A stretch of 64,000 nucleotides of DNA from an uncultured delta proteobacterium (GTDB lineage: Bacteria; Myxococcota_A; Polyangia; Fen-1088), in contig CAVYGB010000002.1 of NCBI GenBank assembly GCA_963767925.1, forward strand, positions 1,408,001-1,472,000. Direction: 5' to 3'. Both the position numbers and the translations under genes were made by a program. The notes below the pieces were generated by a model. The model did not search any database. It saw nothing but the letters and a program-made list of their open reading frames with translations, and had not been told where the DNA came from. This document shows positions 18,755-27,202 of this stretch, in pieces (positions within the stretch are counted from its first letter, which is position 1; the number at the start of each line of letters is the position of its first letter).

Positions 18755-19408
18755 ATGCAGAAACGGGCAGCCATCGTCATGTCGGCAGCGTTGCTGGTGG
18801 GTGGTTGCAACCAGCCCAGGTTCGACTTCGCGCCGGACGCCGGAGCGGCCGACGATGCTGCAGCGGCGACGCGTCCGGTTCCGGACGGCGCCTCCGGGCC
18901 GGGCAACGAGGTCGCTCCGACGCTCAGCCCGATTCAAGACGGCGCGCCTGCGGAGGTGGCCAGCCCCGCGGCCGCGGACGGACCGTCCATCGTCCCGCCC
19001 CCGCCATCCGCGCCCGCTCGAGACGCTTCCCTGCCGCTCGACATCGCCTTCGACGTGGGTGGTACCGGCGGCGACCCCTGCGCCACCAGCGCACAATGCG
19101 CCTCCGGGATCTGCACCGACGGCGTGTGCTGCCAGACCACCTGCGACGTCTGCGAATCCTGTGCGGGACCGGGAGGCACCTGCGTGGCCATCACCACGGG
19201 TCTGGACGACGATCCGCCCGGCACCTGCGTCTCGCCGCGCGCCTGTCGCGGCTCGCAGCGGTGCGCGGCGCCGGCCGGTGAGCTCCGGTTCGCCGACGAT
19301 CCGCTCGTACCGGCCGGCGAGCGCGCGGCTGCCTGCCGCGTCAGGCACGAAGGCCGCGTCCAGAACGTGGACTTCATCTTCCGGCTGAATCCGCGAAACA
19401 AGCTCTGA
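18755..19408 (+). CDS. Cys-rich lipoprotein
   Basis: Lipobox-like VGGC; CATSAQCASGICTDGVCCQTTCDVCESC myxobacterial-type Cys repeat. Confidence 0.7.
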   Translation: MQKRAAIVMSAALLVGGCNQPRFDFAPDAGAADDAAAATRPVPDGASGPGNEVAPTLSPIQDGAPAEVASPAAADGPSIVPPPPSAPARDASLPLDIAFDVGGTGGDPCATSAQCASGICTDGVCCQTTCDVCESCAGPGGTCVAITTGLDDDPPGTCVSPRACRGSQRCAAPAGELRFADDPLVPAGERAAACRVRHEGRVQNVDFIFRLNPRNKL

Positions 19409-19490
19409 TCGAGCTGCGTCCCGAGCGCTGATAAAACCGCGACCGGCGTCCAGCCAACCCTCCGATTTCGAACGGGCCCACGGAGCCGGC

Positions 19491-20660
19491 TCAGGTCGTC
19501 CCTGGCAGCCAGCTCAGCGCCTGCGAAAATCCGAGCCGTTCCACGCCGGGGCTCGATGGGTTCCGCCCCGCCGCCTGGTCCACCAGGAAGGCCCCGCTGG
19601 CGGCCACGTCACGGGCGGCGGATTCGAGGGCGTGGATCGTCCGGGGCCTGTCGCCGAGCCCGGACTTGACCTCGACGGCGTAGCGCTTGCCGCCCCTCTC
19701 GACGACGAGGTCAATCTCGGCTCCAGCGGCCGTGCGCCAGAAGAAGAACTGGCTGTGCGGATGGGCGACGCGCTCGCGTCGCAGAAGGTCCTCGATGACG
19801 AAGGTCTCCCAGCTTGCCCCCCGGATGGGATGGGAATCCAGGTCCTGGTGCGTGCTGATGTTCAGCAGGTGATGGAGGAGGCCCGAGTCCTTGAGGTAGA
19901 CCTTGGGCGACTTCACCAGGCGCTTGCCGACGTTGCGAAAGTACGGAGGCAGCCGGCGGACCAGGTAGGTCCGCTCGAGCACGTCCAGGTAGCGCCGGAC
20001 CGTGTGATGTGACACGCCCAGCGAGCCTCCCAGCTGCGAGCTGCTGAGGAGTCCGCCCTGCTGGTGGGCCAGCATCGTCAGCAGCCGCCGGAGCAGCATC
20101 GGGTCGGTGCCGATGCCAAGGGCGGGCAGATCTCGCTCGACGTAGGTTCGCAGGTACGCCTCCCACCACTCTCTGAAGTCGCCCCCCCGCAAAGGATCGG
20201 GAAACCCACCGCGTAGCCAGACCTCCATCCAGGGACGGCGCTGGCGGCCGCTCTGGACCTCGGCTGCCGTCAGCGGCTCCAGCTCGAGGATCCCGACCCG
20301 GCCGGCGAGCGACTCTGACACCCCCTTCACCAGGGAAGGCTGCGCGGATCCGAGGAGGACAAACCGTCCCATTGTCCGCCGACTCGCATCGATGAGCCCT
20401 CGGAGAGCGGCGAAGGTCTCGGGAACGAACTGGACCTCGTCCAGGATCACCGCCGGGCGCGCCCGGCTCTCGAGCTGAAAGGTGGGGTCATCGAGAAAGA
20501 GCGCGCGGGTGCGAGGCTCCTCCAGATCCACGTATGGCATTCGAGGGAACGTCGACCGCGCCAGGGTGGTCTTGCCGACCTGCCTGGCCCCCAGCACGAG
20601 GACGGCAGGGAAGGTCAGGCTGAGGTCTTTCAGCCGCGACGAAGCCGCCCGTCGCCACAT
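19491..20660 (-). CDS. AAA_14 ATPase with DUF4143 domain
   Basis: GARQVGKTT, ILDEVQ, LGSA, SLAGR, RGGFP, KSPKVYLKDSGL, FWRTAAGAEIDLV..AVEVK. Confidence 0.9.
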   Translation of the reverse strand: MWRRAASSRLKDLSLTFPAVLVLGARQVGKTTLARSTFPRMPYVDLEEPRTRALFLDDPTFQLESRARPAVILDEVQFVPETFAALRGLIDASRRTMGRFVLLGSAQPSLVKGVSESLAGRVGILELEPLTAAEVQSGRQRRPWMEVWLRGGFPDPLRGGDFREWWEAYLRTYVERDLPALGIGTDPMLLRRLLTMLAHQQGGLLSSSQLGGSLGVSHHTVRRYLDVLERTYLVRRLPPYFRNVGKRLVKSPKVYLKDSGLLHHLLNISTHQDLDSHPIRGASWETFVIEDLLRRERVAHPHSQFFFWRTAAGAEIDLVVERGGKRYAVEVKSGLGDRPRTIHALESAARDVAASGAFLVDQAAGRNPSSPGVERLGFSQALSWLPGTT

Positions 20661-20663
20661 GCC

Positions 20664-20696
20664 TTGTATATTGGATCTTACACCTCCAAAATACAA
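20664..20696. promoter_or_regulatory. AT-rich inverted repeat abutting the ATPase start
   Basis: TTGTATATTGGA-N9-TCCAAAATACAA (11 of 12 match), 3 nt from the ATG. Confidence 0.6.
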
Positions 20697-20857
20697 GTCT
20701 ACATTCGAGCGTAGGGTCGCCGACCCGCCCCCTGCGAGCCGCTCCTCCGGGGCGGATCGGGCTCGACCGGTAGAGGAAGGTCGGCGAGACGAGGGAATGA
20801 AGAGCGCGCGGCGGCCGCGCGGCGGGGGGGTGGGGGTGCGTGGTACGGTCGCGGCGT

Positions 20858-21862
20858 ATGACGACGGCGCGGGTTCCTTATCAGGACGTCGAGGATGAGC
20901 TGGCGCGGGTGCTGGAGGGGTTGGGGTTCGATGGCGAGCGGGGGCGGCTCTGTGCGCGGCTGTTTGCGGAGACCAGCCGGGACGGCGTTTATTCGCACGG
21001 GTTGAACCGGTTTCCTCGGTTTGTCGAGCAGGTGCGGCGGGGGGTTGTCGATCCGCGGGCGCGGGCGGAGCGGGTGGCGGGGTTCGGCGCGGTCGAGCGC
21101 TGGGATGGCAAGCGGGGCGCCGGGAACCTGAATGCGCGGGCGGCGATGGAGGCGGCGCTGGGGCTGGCCCGGCGGCACGGGATGGGGTGTGTGGCGCTGG
21201 CGAACACGAACCACTGGATGCGCGGCGGGACTTATGGCTGGCAGGCGGTGGAGGCGGGGGCGATCGGGATCTGCTGGACCAACACGATGGCCAACTTGCC
21301 GGCCTGGGGGGCGGCGGAGGCGCGGGTGGGGAACAACCCGCTGGTGATCGCGGTGCCGCACGCGCAGGGCCCGGTGGTGCTGGACATGGCGATGTCGCAA
21401 TTTTCGTTCGGGGCGCTCGAGGGGTTTCGTCTGCGGGGCGAGCGGCTGCCGGTCGATGGCGGCTTCGATGGCGAGGGGCGGTTGACCCGGGATCCGGGGG
21501 CGATCGAGGCGTCGGGCCGGGCGCTGCCCATCGGGTACTGGAAGGGGTCGGGGCTGGCGATGATGCTCGACATGCTGGGCGCGCTCCTCTCGGGCGGGCT
21601 GGCCACCCACCAGATCCCGGTCGACACGATCCGCGAGTCGGGGTTGTCGCAGGTGTTCCTGGCCTTCGATCTCCCGTCGATCGATGGCGGGGGCGAGGCC
21701 CGGGAGGCGGTTGTCGCCGGGATTCTCGACAGCGTGCGCGGCCCCCTGGCGGGCGAGCGCCTGCGGACGCCGGGCGAGCGCATCGCCCAGGCCCGCCGGG
21801 ACAACCTCGAGCGGGGCATCCCGGTCGACGAGCAGCTCTGGAGCGGCATCCGCCAGCTCTGA
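20858..21862 (+). CDS. yiaK: 3-dehydro-L-gulonate 2-dehydrogenase (Ldh_2 family)
   Basis: DGVYSHGLNRFPRF, NTNHWMRGGTYGW, GICWTN, GNNPL, LDMAMSQFS, PIGYWKGSGL. Confidence 0.92.
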   Translation: MTTARVPYQDVEDELARVLEGLGFDGERGRLCARLFAETSRDGVYSHGLNRFPRFVEQVRRGVVDPRARAERVAGFGAVERWDGKRGAGNLNARAAMEAALGLARRHGMGCVALANTNHWMRGGTYGWQAVEAGAIGICWTNTMANLPAWGAAEARVGNNPLVIAVPHAQGPVVLDMAMSQFSFGALEGFRLRGERLPVDGGFDGEGRLTRDPGAIEASGRALPIGYWKGSGLAMMLDMLGALLSGGLATHQIPVDTIRESGLSQVFLAFDLPSIDGGGEAREAVVAGILDSVRGPLAGERLRTPGERIAQARRDNLERGIPVDEQLWSGIRQL

Positions 21863-21975
21863 TCGCGCGGCGTACCACGAGGATCGCCGCCGCCGCCGCT
21901 GGTACGAATCGCTCGGCGACATCTTCGACTGACCGCCGCCGCGCCGGAGTGAGGGGCGCCCGGCTTGGCAACCGC

Positions 21976-22040
21976 CCCTCACCCTTGACCCTCTCCCCGG
22001 CTACAGACAGTCGCGGGGAGAGGGCAAACAGGCGGCGGGG
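21976..22040 (+). repeat. REP-like palindromic element, single copy
   Basis: CCCTCACCC..CCCTCTCCCCG-loop-CGGGGAGAGGGCAAAC. Confidence 0.8.
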
Positions 22041-22171
22041 AGCCGGCGGGTTCTTGCGTCGAGCTGGCGCGGGGGCCCCGCCACCCCGGTCTGTTTGCGT
22101 GGCTTGGCCCCGACTGGGGATCGCGGCATGATGGGCCCGATTTGCCGCCGGCTGGCGGAGCGAGGTCTGGC

Positions 22172-22837
22172 ATGTTCGGACGTGAGCTGCGACTCGGGGG
22201 GGTGGGGGCGGCGCTGCTGGGGCTGATCGGCTGCACCGCCGACGGCGGGCCCGCGCCTGCGCCGTCGTCCGACGGGGCGGCTCCGGTGGCGGGGGTGGAG
22301 GGCACCCTGCACGGCGCGTTCCTCGAGCTCGAGTGCATGAGCGAGAAGATCGAGCTGCAGTTCTGTGTCCCGAAGGACATGGGGATGCGCCGGCTCGATC
22401 TGAAGCTGGGGGGCGACCCCGGCCGGATGTATTCGATGGTGCTGCGGGTGTGGGGCGTGGTCGAGGGGGTGCGCTACCGCGAGGGCAGCAAGGGGGGCGA
22501 ACATTTTTACATCGGCGGGCGCGGGGGCACGCCCGACACGGCCGAATACACCCTCGACATCGCCGGCGCGAAGTACCACCTCAACCACTTCGACAACAAC
22601 CCGGGCGAGCACTACACCTATCCGATCGAATACACGGCGCCCGCCATCGTCGTTCCCGGCGGCGCAGACGTCGTGCTCTCGGTCCGCGATCCCGACAACC
22701 TGGTGAACACCAACCACATGGAGATCGCGGTCGCCGCCCCGCCGCCCGCTCTGCGCCAGAAGCTCGAGAAGATGCAGGACAACGTCCTCCGCTGGCAATA
22801 CGTGTACCTCGAGGTCGCCAGCGTTCTGGCCCGCTGA
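22172..22837 (+). CDS. Hypothetical lipoprotein
   Basis: Lipobox-like LIGC; typical codon usage; beta-rich domain. Confidence 0.75.
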   Translation: MFGRELRLGGVGAALLGLIGCTADGGPAPAPSSDGAAPVAGVEGTLHGAFLELECMSEKIELQFCVPKDMGMRRLDLKLGGDPGRMYSMVLRVWGVVEGVRYREGSKGGEHFYIGGRGGTPDTAEYTLDIAGAKYHLNHFDNNPGEHYTYPIEYTAPAIVVPGGADVVLSVRDPDNLVNTNHMEIAVAAPPPALRQKLEKMQDNVLRWQYVYLEVASVLAR

Positions 22838-22885
22838 CCGCTGGACGACCCGCTGCTCATCAGGACGATCGACATGCCAGTCCGG

Positions 22886-23010
22886 GAATACCTGGTGCTC
22901 CGGCAGCGGCCGCTGGCCTGGCGCGAGGAGGACTCGTTCCTGGTGGTCTACGCCATGTATTTCACGCTGCAGGACGGGGAGGGCGCGACCGAGCGGGCCC
23001 GCCTTGCTCC
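22886..23010 (+). pseudogene. Possible penicillin acylase-family internal fragment
   Basis: EYLVLRQRPLAWREEDSFLVVYAMYFTLQD resembles the Ntn-hydrolase alpha-subunit E.....P..W...D segment; ends at the REP doublet. Confidence 0.45.
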
Positions 23011-23056
23011 CCGTCGCTGCGGGCGCGAGCTGATCCCACTCCGACGCCACCGGAGA

Positions 23057-23281
23057 CCCCTCACCCCACCCTCTCCCCGCTGCCGCGGGGCGAGGGCGAA
23101 CGAGCAGCGGGGTGACCCGATCATCGTCCTGAGGCGAATAGAGGGCCCTTGCTCGAGACTTCCGAACCCCGCTGTCCGTTCGCCGCAACCGCTGCACCGA
23201 TCGCACATGCGCCCGTGCGGTCCGGGCAGCGCTTACCGTTCGCCCTCGCCCCGCGCAGCGGGGAGAGGGAGGGGTGAGGGG
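23057..23281. repeat. Inverted REP-like doublet (REPIN-like)
   Basis: Forward copy 23057-23112 and inverted copy 23237-23281 of CCCCTCACCCC.CCCTCTCCCCGCTGC(C)GCGGGGCGAGGGCGAACG. Confidence 0.85.
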
Positions 23282-23402
23282 TCTGCGGTCGAGCTGTTTG
23301 GGCGGTGTGGCAGCGGACTCGAAGTGGCGCGCGGATCCGATCGACCGGTGCGCGCTACGGCCCGAACCTCACCGTCGCTCGTCCTCGACCTCCCTCGCGC
23401 CG

Positions 23403-24071
23403 TTACTTTACTGCCGAGGCCTTCTCCAGCTCGGAGCGGAAGGCGGCCAGGGCGGTTTCGTCGAGGGCGCCGCCGAGGTGGATGATGCGGCCGTCGCGAT
23501 CGACGACCAGCGTGGTCGGGATGCGGTCGCTGCCGATGGCCCGGGGCAGGCGGAACTCCTCGTCGACGAGCTGGCGGTAGCGCAGGCCGCGCCGGGCGAC
23601 GAAGGCGGCCACCGTGTCGCGCGCCTCGCCCACCGCCACGCCAATCACGGTCGCGCCCGGGGCGCGCTCGGCCAGGCGGGTGAGGGCGGCCAGCTCCCCT
23701 TTGCAGGTCTTGCACCAGGTGGCCCACACCGCCACCAGCGCGACCTTGCCCCCGAGGGCCGCCTGCAGCTCGGTGTCCTGCCCGTCCAGTGTCTGCAGGC
23801 GCAGGGGCGGCAGCGTCACGGGAACCCCGGCCGCGGCGGTAGAGCGCGTCGCGCTCGCGTCTGTCGCCGCGCGCGCCCCCTCGTCGCTCACCCGTCGATC
23901 CGACGCCGCGCCCGCCGCGCGCGCCCCCTCGCCGAGGACGATTCGATCCGCCGCCGGATCCGCCGCCGGATCGACCCGGCCCATTACGGCCGGCGCGGGG
24001 GCGGCCGCCCGCGGGCCCGCGCAGCCGCTGCCCAGCAGGGCGGCCGTCAGAACAGCAAGCCGAACGAACAT
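23403..24071 (-). CDS. TlpA-family thiol-disulfide oxidoreductase, lipoprotein
   Basis: Lipobox-like GSGC; WATWCKTCKGE; IPTTLVVDRDG. Confidence 0.9.
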   Translation of the reverse strand: MFVRLAVLTAALLGSGCAGPRAAAPAPAVMGRVDPAADPAADRIVLGEGARAAGAASDRRVSDEGARAATDASATRSTAAAGVPVTLPPLRLQTLDGQDTELQAALGGKVALVAVWATWCKTCKGELAALTRLAERAPGATVIGVAVGEARDTVAAFVARRGLRYRQLVDEEFRLPRAIGSDRIPTTLVVDRDGRIIHLGGALDETALAAFRSELEKASAVK

Positions 24072-25243
24072 GTGTACATCGAGGCGCGCAGGTCGTTGCT
24101 GCGCACGAAATAGTCGTAGCCCAGGTCGAGGTGCAGGCTCTCGAGCCCGGGCACGAAGTCGAGGTCGATGGCCGCCATCAGGCCGTAGGTCTCGCCCAGA
24201 AAGCCAGCCAGGTCGCTGTCCGCCGTCCGCCACAGCCCCTCGTCGGGGGGCGCGGCCCGGCTGAAGAAGCTGGCCCCGCGCTGCAGGTCGCGCCGGTAGC
24301 TGACCCGCAGGTGCACGCGGTGGTCGATCCGCTGGCTGTATTGCACCTCCAGGGTGTGCGCCCGGATCCCCCAGTCGTCGGTGTAGTAGCGGTACAGGCC
24401 CTTCAGCGCGGCCGGTGGCTGCCAGGGCAGCGCCTGGGCCAGCCGGGCCACGAAGGCGTGGCGCTGCCGCAGCTTCGGCATCTTTTCGGTCCCGAGCTCC
24501 CCGGTGCTCAGGGGGACGGCGTTCCAGGTGTTCGACAGCTCCCCGAGCTGGACGGTGAGGCCGTACCCCAGGTGGCCCACCGTCGTCGGCGACAGGAGCT
24601 GGGTCAGCCCCAGGTTGGCGTTGGTCGACGAGCGGAAGACGCCGCCCTGCCGCTTGCCCTTGAGGTCGAAGCGGTCGAACCAGTCGAAGGCGTGGTTCAG
24701 GCTGGCCGAGACCGTCGTGTTGCCGTCGGCGAACGCGCGCGCCCCGCCCGCCCCCAGCAGCCACGACCGGAACGGCTCCTCCACGTGGAAGGCCGCCCGC
24801 ACCGACACCTCGGTCACCTCGCTGGCCTGGTAGCTGGTCGTCAGGTCGAGGCTGCCCGCCTCGTTGCGGCGGGACGAGCCCGAGACCGCGTCGAGGGCGT
24901 CGGGCGAGGCGCCCGTGACGACGTCGACCGGGATCCACAGGGTGTGGGTGAAGCGCCCATGGCTGGCCACCACCTCGCCCTGGAGCTGCTCGACGCTGAG
25001 GCGCTCGCTGCCCGGCACGGCGGCCGAGGCCCGGTCGGCCTGCGACTGGTAGCCGCGCCCGTCCTGGTCGAAGTGCGAGTAGCGCATGCGCACCGATTCG
25101 ACCCGGAAGCGCTCCCCCTCCCCCTCGTCGTCGAGGATCGCCCGCGCCGACAGGTTGCCGGGATCCTGCGCCGGCGGACCGGCCACCGGCTCGGCCCGGG
25201 CGGGCATCGCCAGCAACACGGCGAGCGCCCAGCCGCCCCTCAC
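24047..25243 (-). CDS. DUF3570-family outer-membrane protein
   Basis: VDVVTGAS, EKMPKLRQRHA, YRYYTDDWGIRAHTLE, TADSDL; C-terminal Phe; context next to DUF4266 and TlpA. Confidence 0.8.
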   Translation of the reverse strand: MRGGWALAVLLAMPARAEPVAGPPAQDPGNLSARAILDDEGEGERFRVESVRMRYSHFDQDGRGYQSQADRASAAVPGSERLSVEQLQGEVVASHGRFTHTLWIPVDVVTGASPDALDAVSGSSRRNEAGSLDLTTSYQASEVTEVSVRAAFHVEEPFRSWLLGAGGARAFADGNTTVSASLNHAFDWFDRFDLKGKRQGGVFRSSTNANLGLTQLLSPTTVGHLGYGLTVQLGELSNTWNAVPLSTGELGTEKMPKLRQRHAFVARLAQALPWQPPAALKGLYRYYTDDWGIRAHTLEVQYSQRIDHRVHLRVSYRRDLQRGASFFSRAAPPDEGLWRTADSDLAGFLGETYGLMAAIDLDFVPGLESLHLDLGYDYFVRSNDLRASMYTCSFGLLF

Positions 25244-25476
25244 TGGCACGAGCACCCGCCGCCCGCGGGCACCCCGTCGCCGCCGGCGGCCCCCCCGCGC
25301 GTCGAGTAGAACTTGCTGCGCTTGTGGGCCTCGAGGCCGTCCTGCTCGAGCCGCATGATGGGGTCGGCCAGCCGCCCGCGCTGGTTCCGCGGCACCACCG
25401 CGCAACCGGCCAGCGTGCCGGCCAGCGCGAGCGCCAGCAGCACCGCCCGCGCGCCCCCGGCGCCGCCCTTGCTCAC
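25240..25476 (-). CDS. DUF4266-family small lipoprotein
   Basis: LAGC lipobox, RGRLADPIM, C-terminal GGGCSCQ. Confidence 0.85.
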   Translation of the reverse strand: MSKGGAGGARAVLLALALAGTLAGCAVVPRNQRGRLADPIMRLEQDGLEAHKRSKFYSTRGGAAGGDGVPAGGGCSCQ

Positions 25477-26084
25477 ATCCGCCCCTTGAGGCCCAGGGCC
25501 AGCTTGCCGCCCGGCCCGATCTCCGGCGCCAGCTCCAGCCGGGCCGCCCGGGCCCGCTCGCCCGCCATCAGGCTGTCGACGAGGCCGTAGCCGGAGGTGA
25601 CCAGCAGGCCAGCCAGGGCGGCGCCGAGGACGACGCAGGCGGGGTCTTTCGTGTCGTCGAGGATCCGGGGCACCGTCTCGAGCAGCGCGGTCGACAGCAC
25701 CGCCGCGGTCAGCGTCACCCCCCCGAACACGGCGGCCCGGGCGCCCTCGCCGGCCACCAGGTGGGACACGATGGGCGCCACCGCCAGCCCGGCGGCCAGC
25801 ACCTCGATCGAGCGCTTGCGCGTGCGGGTGTCGCTGGCCAGCGCGGTCAGACCGCCCGCCACGACCATCGGCCCCAGCGCCAGGGTCAGCCCCAGCCCGA
25901 CCGACAGGGCCACCGGGGGCTCGGCGAGCGGAGCGACCTGCGCGCTCAGCCGGGCGGGCGCCACCACCGGCAGCCCGGGGACCGGCGCGGCCGCCACCTG
26001 AGCCTCGGCCGCGCCGGGGCCGAGACAGGCCAGCACGCCGAGGGCGACCGCCGGGGTCCACGCCCTGTGCTGCTTGCGCGCCAC
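25473..26084 (-). CDS. Hypothetical membrane protein
   Basis: Signal peptide plus about 4 hydrophobic segments; stop overlaps the DUF4266 start. Start approximate. Confidence 0.6.
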   Translation of the reverse strand: MARKQHRAWTPAVALGVLACLGPGAAEAQVAAAPVPGLPVVAPARLSAQVAPLAEPPVALSVGLGLTLALGPMVVAGGLTALASDTRTRKRSIEVLAAGLAVAPIVSHLVAGEGARAAVFGGVTLTAAVLSTALLETVPRILDDTKDPACVVLGAALAGLLVTSGYGLVDSLMAGERARAARLELAPEIGPGGKLALGLKGRM

Positions 26085-26248
26085 GAACGCACGATCGGCC
26101 GAGGCGGGCGGGAGCTTTAGCGCCGGAGCCCGACCGGGAGCGGGGGCGTCACGACACGCGGCTCGGAGCGGCTCGGCGCGGCGCAGGGGGCCGCGCGGGC
26201 GCCGGGGCGGGGAGGCAGCGCCCCCACCGCCCGGCGACGACGGGGGGA

Positions 26249-26833
26249 TCAGTAAGCGAAGGCGACGGGGAGGCAGGCCAGCTTGGGGCCGGCCAGACCG
26301 CCGACACCGCTCGCCATCTGGTGGATGATGATGGCCTTGGCCTCGTTCGGGCGGGGCATCCAGGCCACGGTCACGTCGGCGCCACCCTGGCCGTAGCTGT
26401 CGGTGGCGAAGTCGAGCCACATCTCGTTCGAGGTGTTGGCGTAGTTCGGATCGCTGGCCATCACGCCCTGGGGATAGGCGTTGTGCTGGTAGTGACCGCC
26501 GGCCTTCGCGGGGTCATCGCAGGGCAGCTTGTGCAGGTGCGCGCCGAAGGTGCGGCCGGCCGGCATCCCCTGGAGGGTCAGCTTGATGCGGAGATTGCCG
26601 TTGTTGTTGTAGCCGCGCGCGCTGGCCGAGGCGGTGTACCCGATCGGGTTCGGAACGGCAGCCATCGTGGGGTCGGCGGCGCCGTAGGGGTATCCGTAGA
26701 TGATGAGGGGCGAGTTGCCGGAAGAGGCGATGATCGGTTGCGCGTCGGTCTCCTCGGGCGCCGCGCAGCCCGCCGCGATCGGCGCGCCGAACAGGGCCAG
26801 GCACAACAGCACTTTCGAGCCAGCATTCGTCAT
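26249..26833 (-). CDS. Cu/Zn superoxide dismutase-family lipoprotein
   Basis: AAGC lipobox; FGAHLHKLPC, AGGHY, AIIIH, KLAC. Confidence 0.8.
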   Translation of the reverse strand: MTNAGSKVLLCLALFGAPIAAGCAAPEETDAQPIIASSGNSPLIIYGYPYGAADPTMAAVPNPIGYTASASARGYNNNGNLRIKLTLQGMPAGRTFGAHLHKLPCDDPAKAGGHYQHNAYPQGVMASDPNYANTSNEMWLDFATDSYGQGGADVTVAWMPRPNEAKAIIIHQMASGVGGLAGPKLACLPVAFAY

Positions 26834-27202
26834 GGGGGTACTCCTTGATGGGTGATGACGGCCGTCTGGAGCCTTCGACCGGGAGGGACCCAAGCGAAGC
26901 GGGGAACCCTGGGGAGAGTCATCGACTCAGGGGGGGCCGAGCTGAGAGGATTCTTATACGCCTCTCAATCAACGTTACGGAAGCCGGACGGGACCGCCGA
27001 CTCCGCCTTTTGCTGGTGAAACCAGGTAGTTGTGCCGTATAAGAACTGTCTAATACGGTTCTCAAGGCGCGTCGTGACACGAAATGAGACAAAATCGAGA
27101 CGTAAGCCCGGTCTCGAATAACCGGTGTGCCAATCCTGCCCGATCTCGACACGTCAAGTCGCGCCTCCGGCGGGGAGGCCGGTCGAGCCAGACGCGCGCG
27201 GC

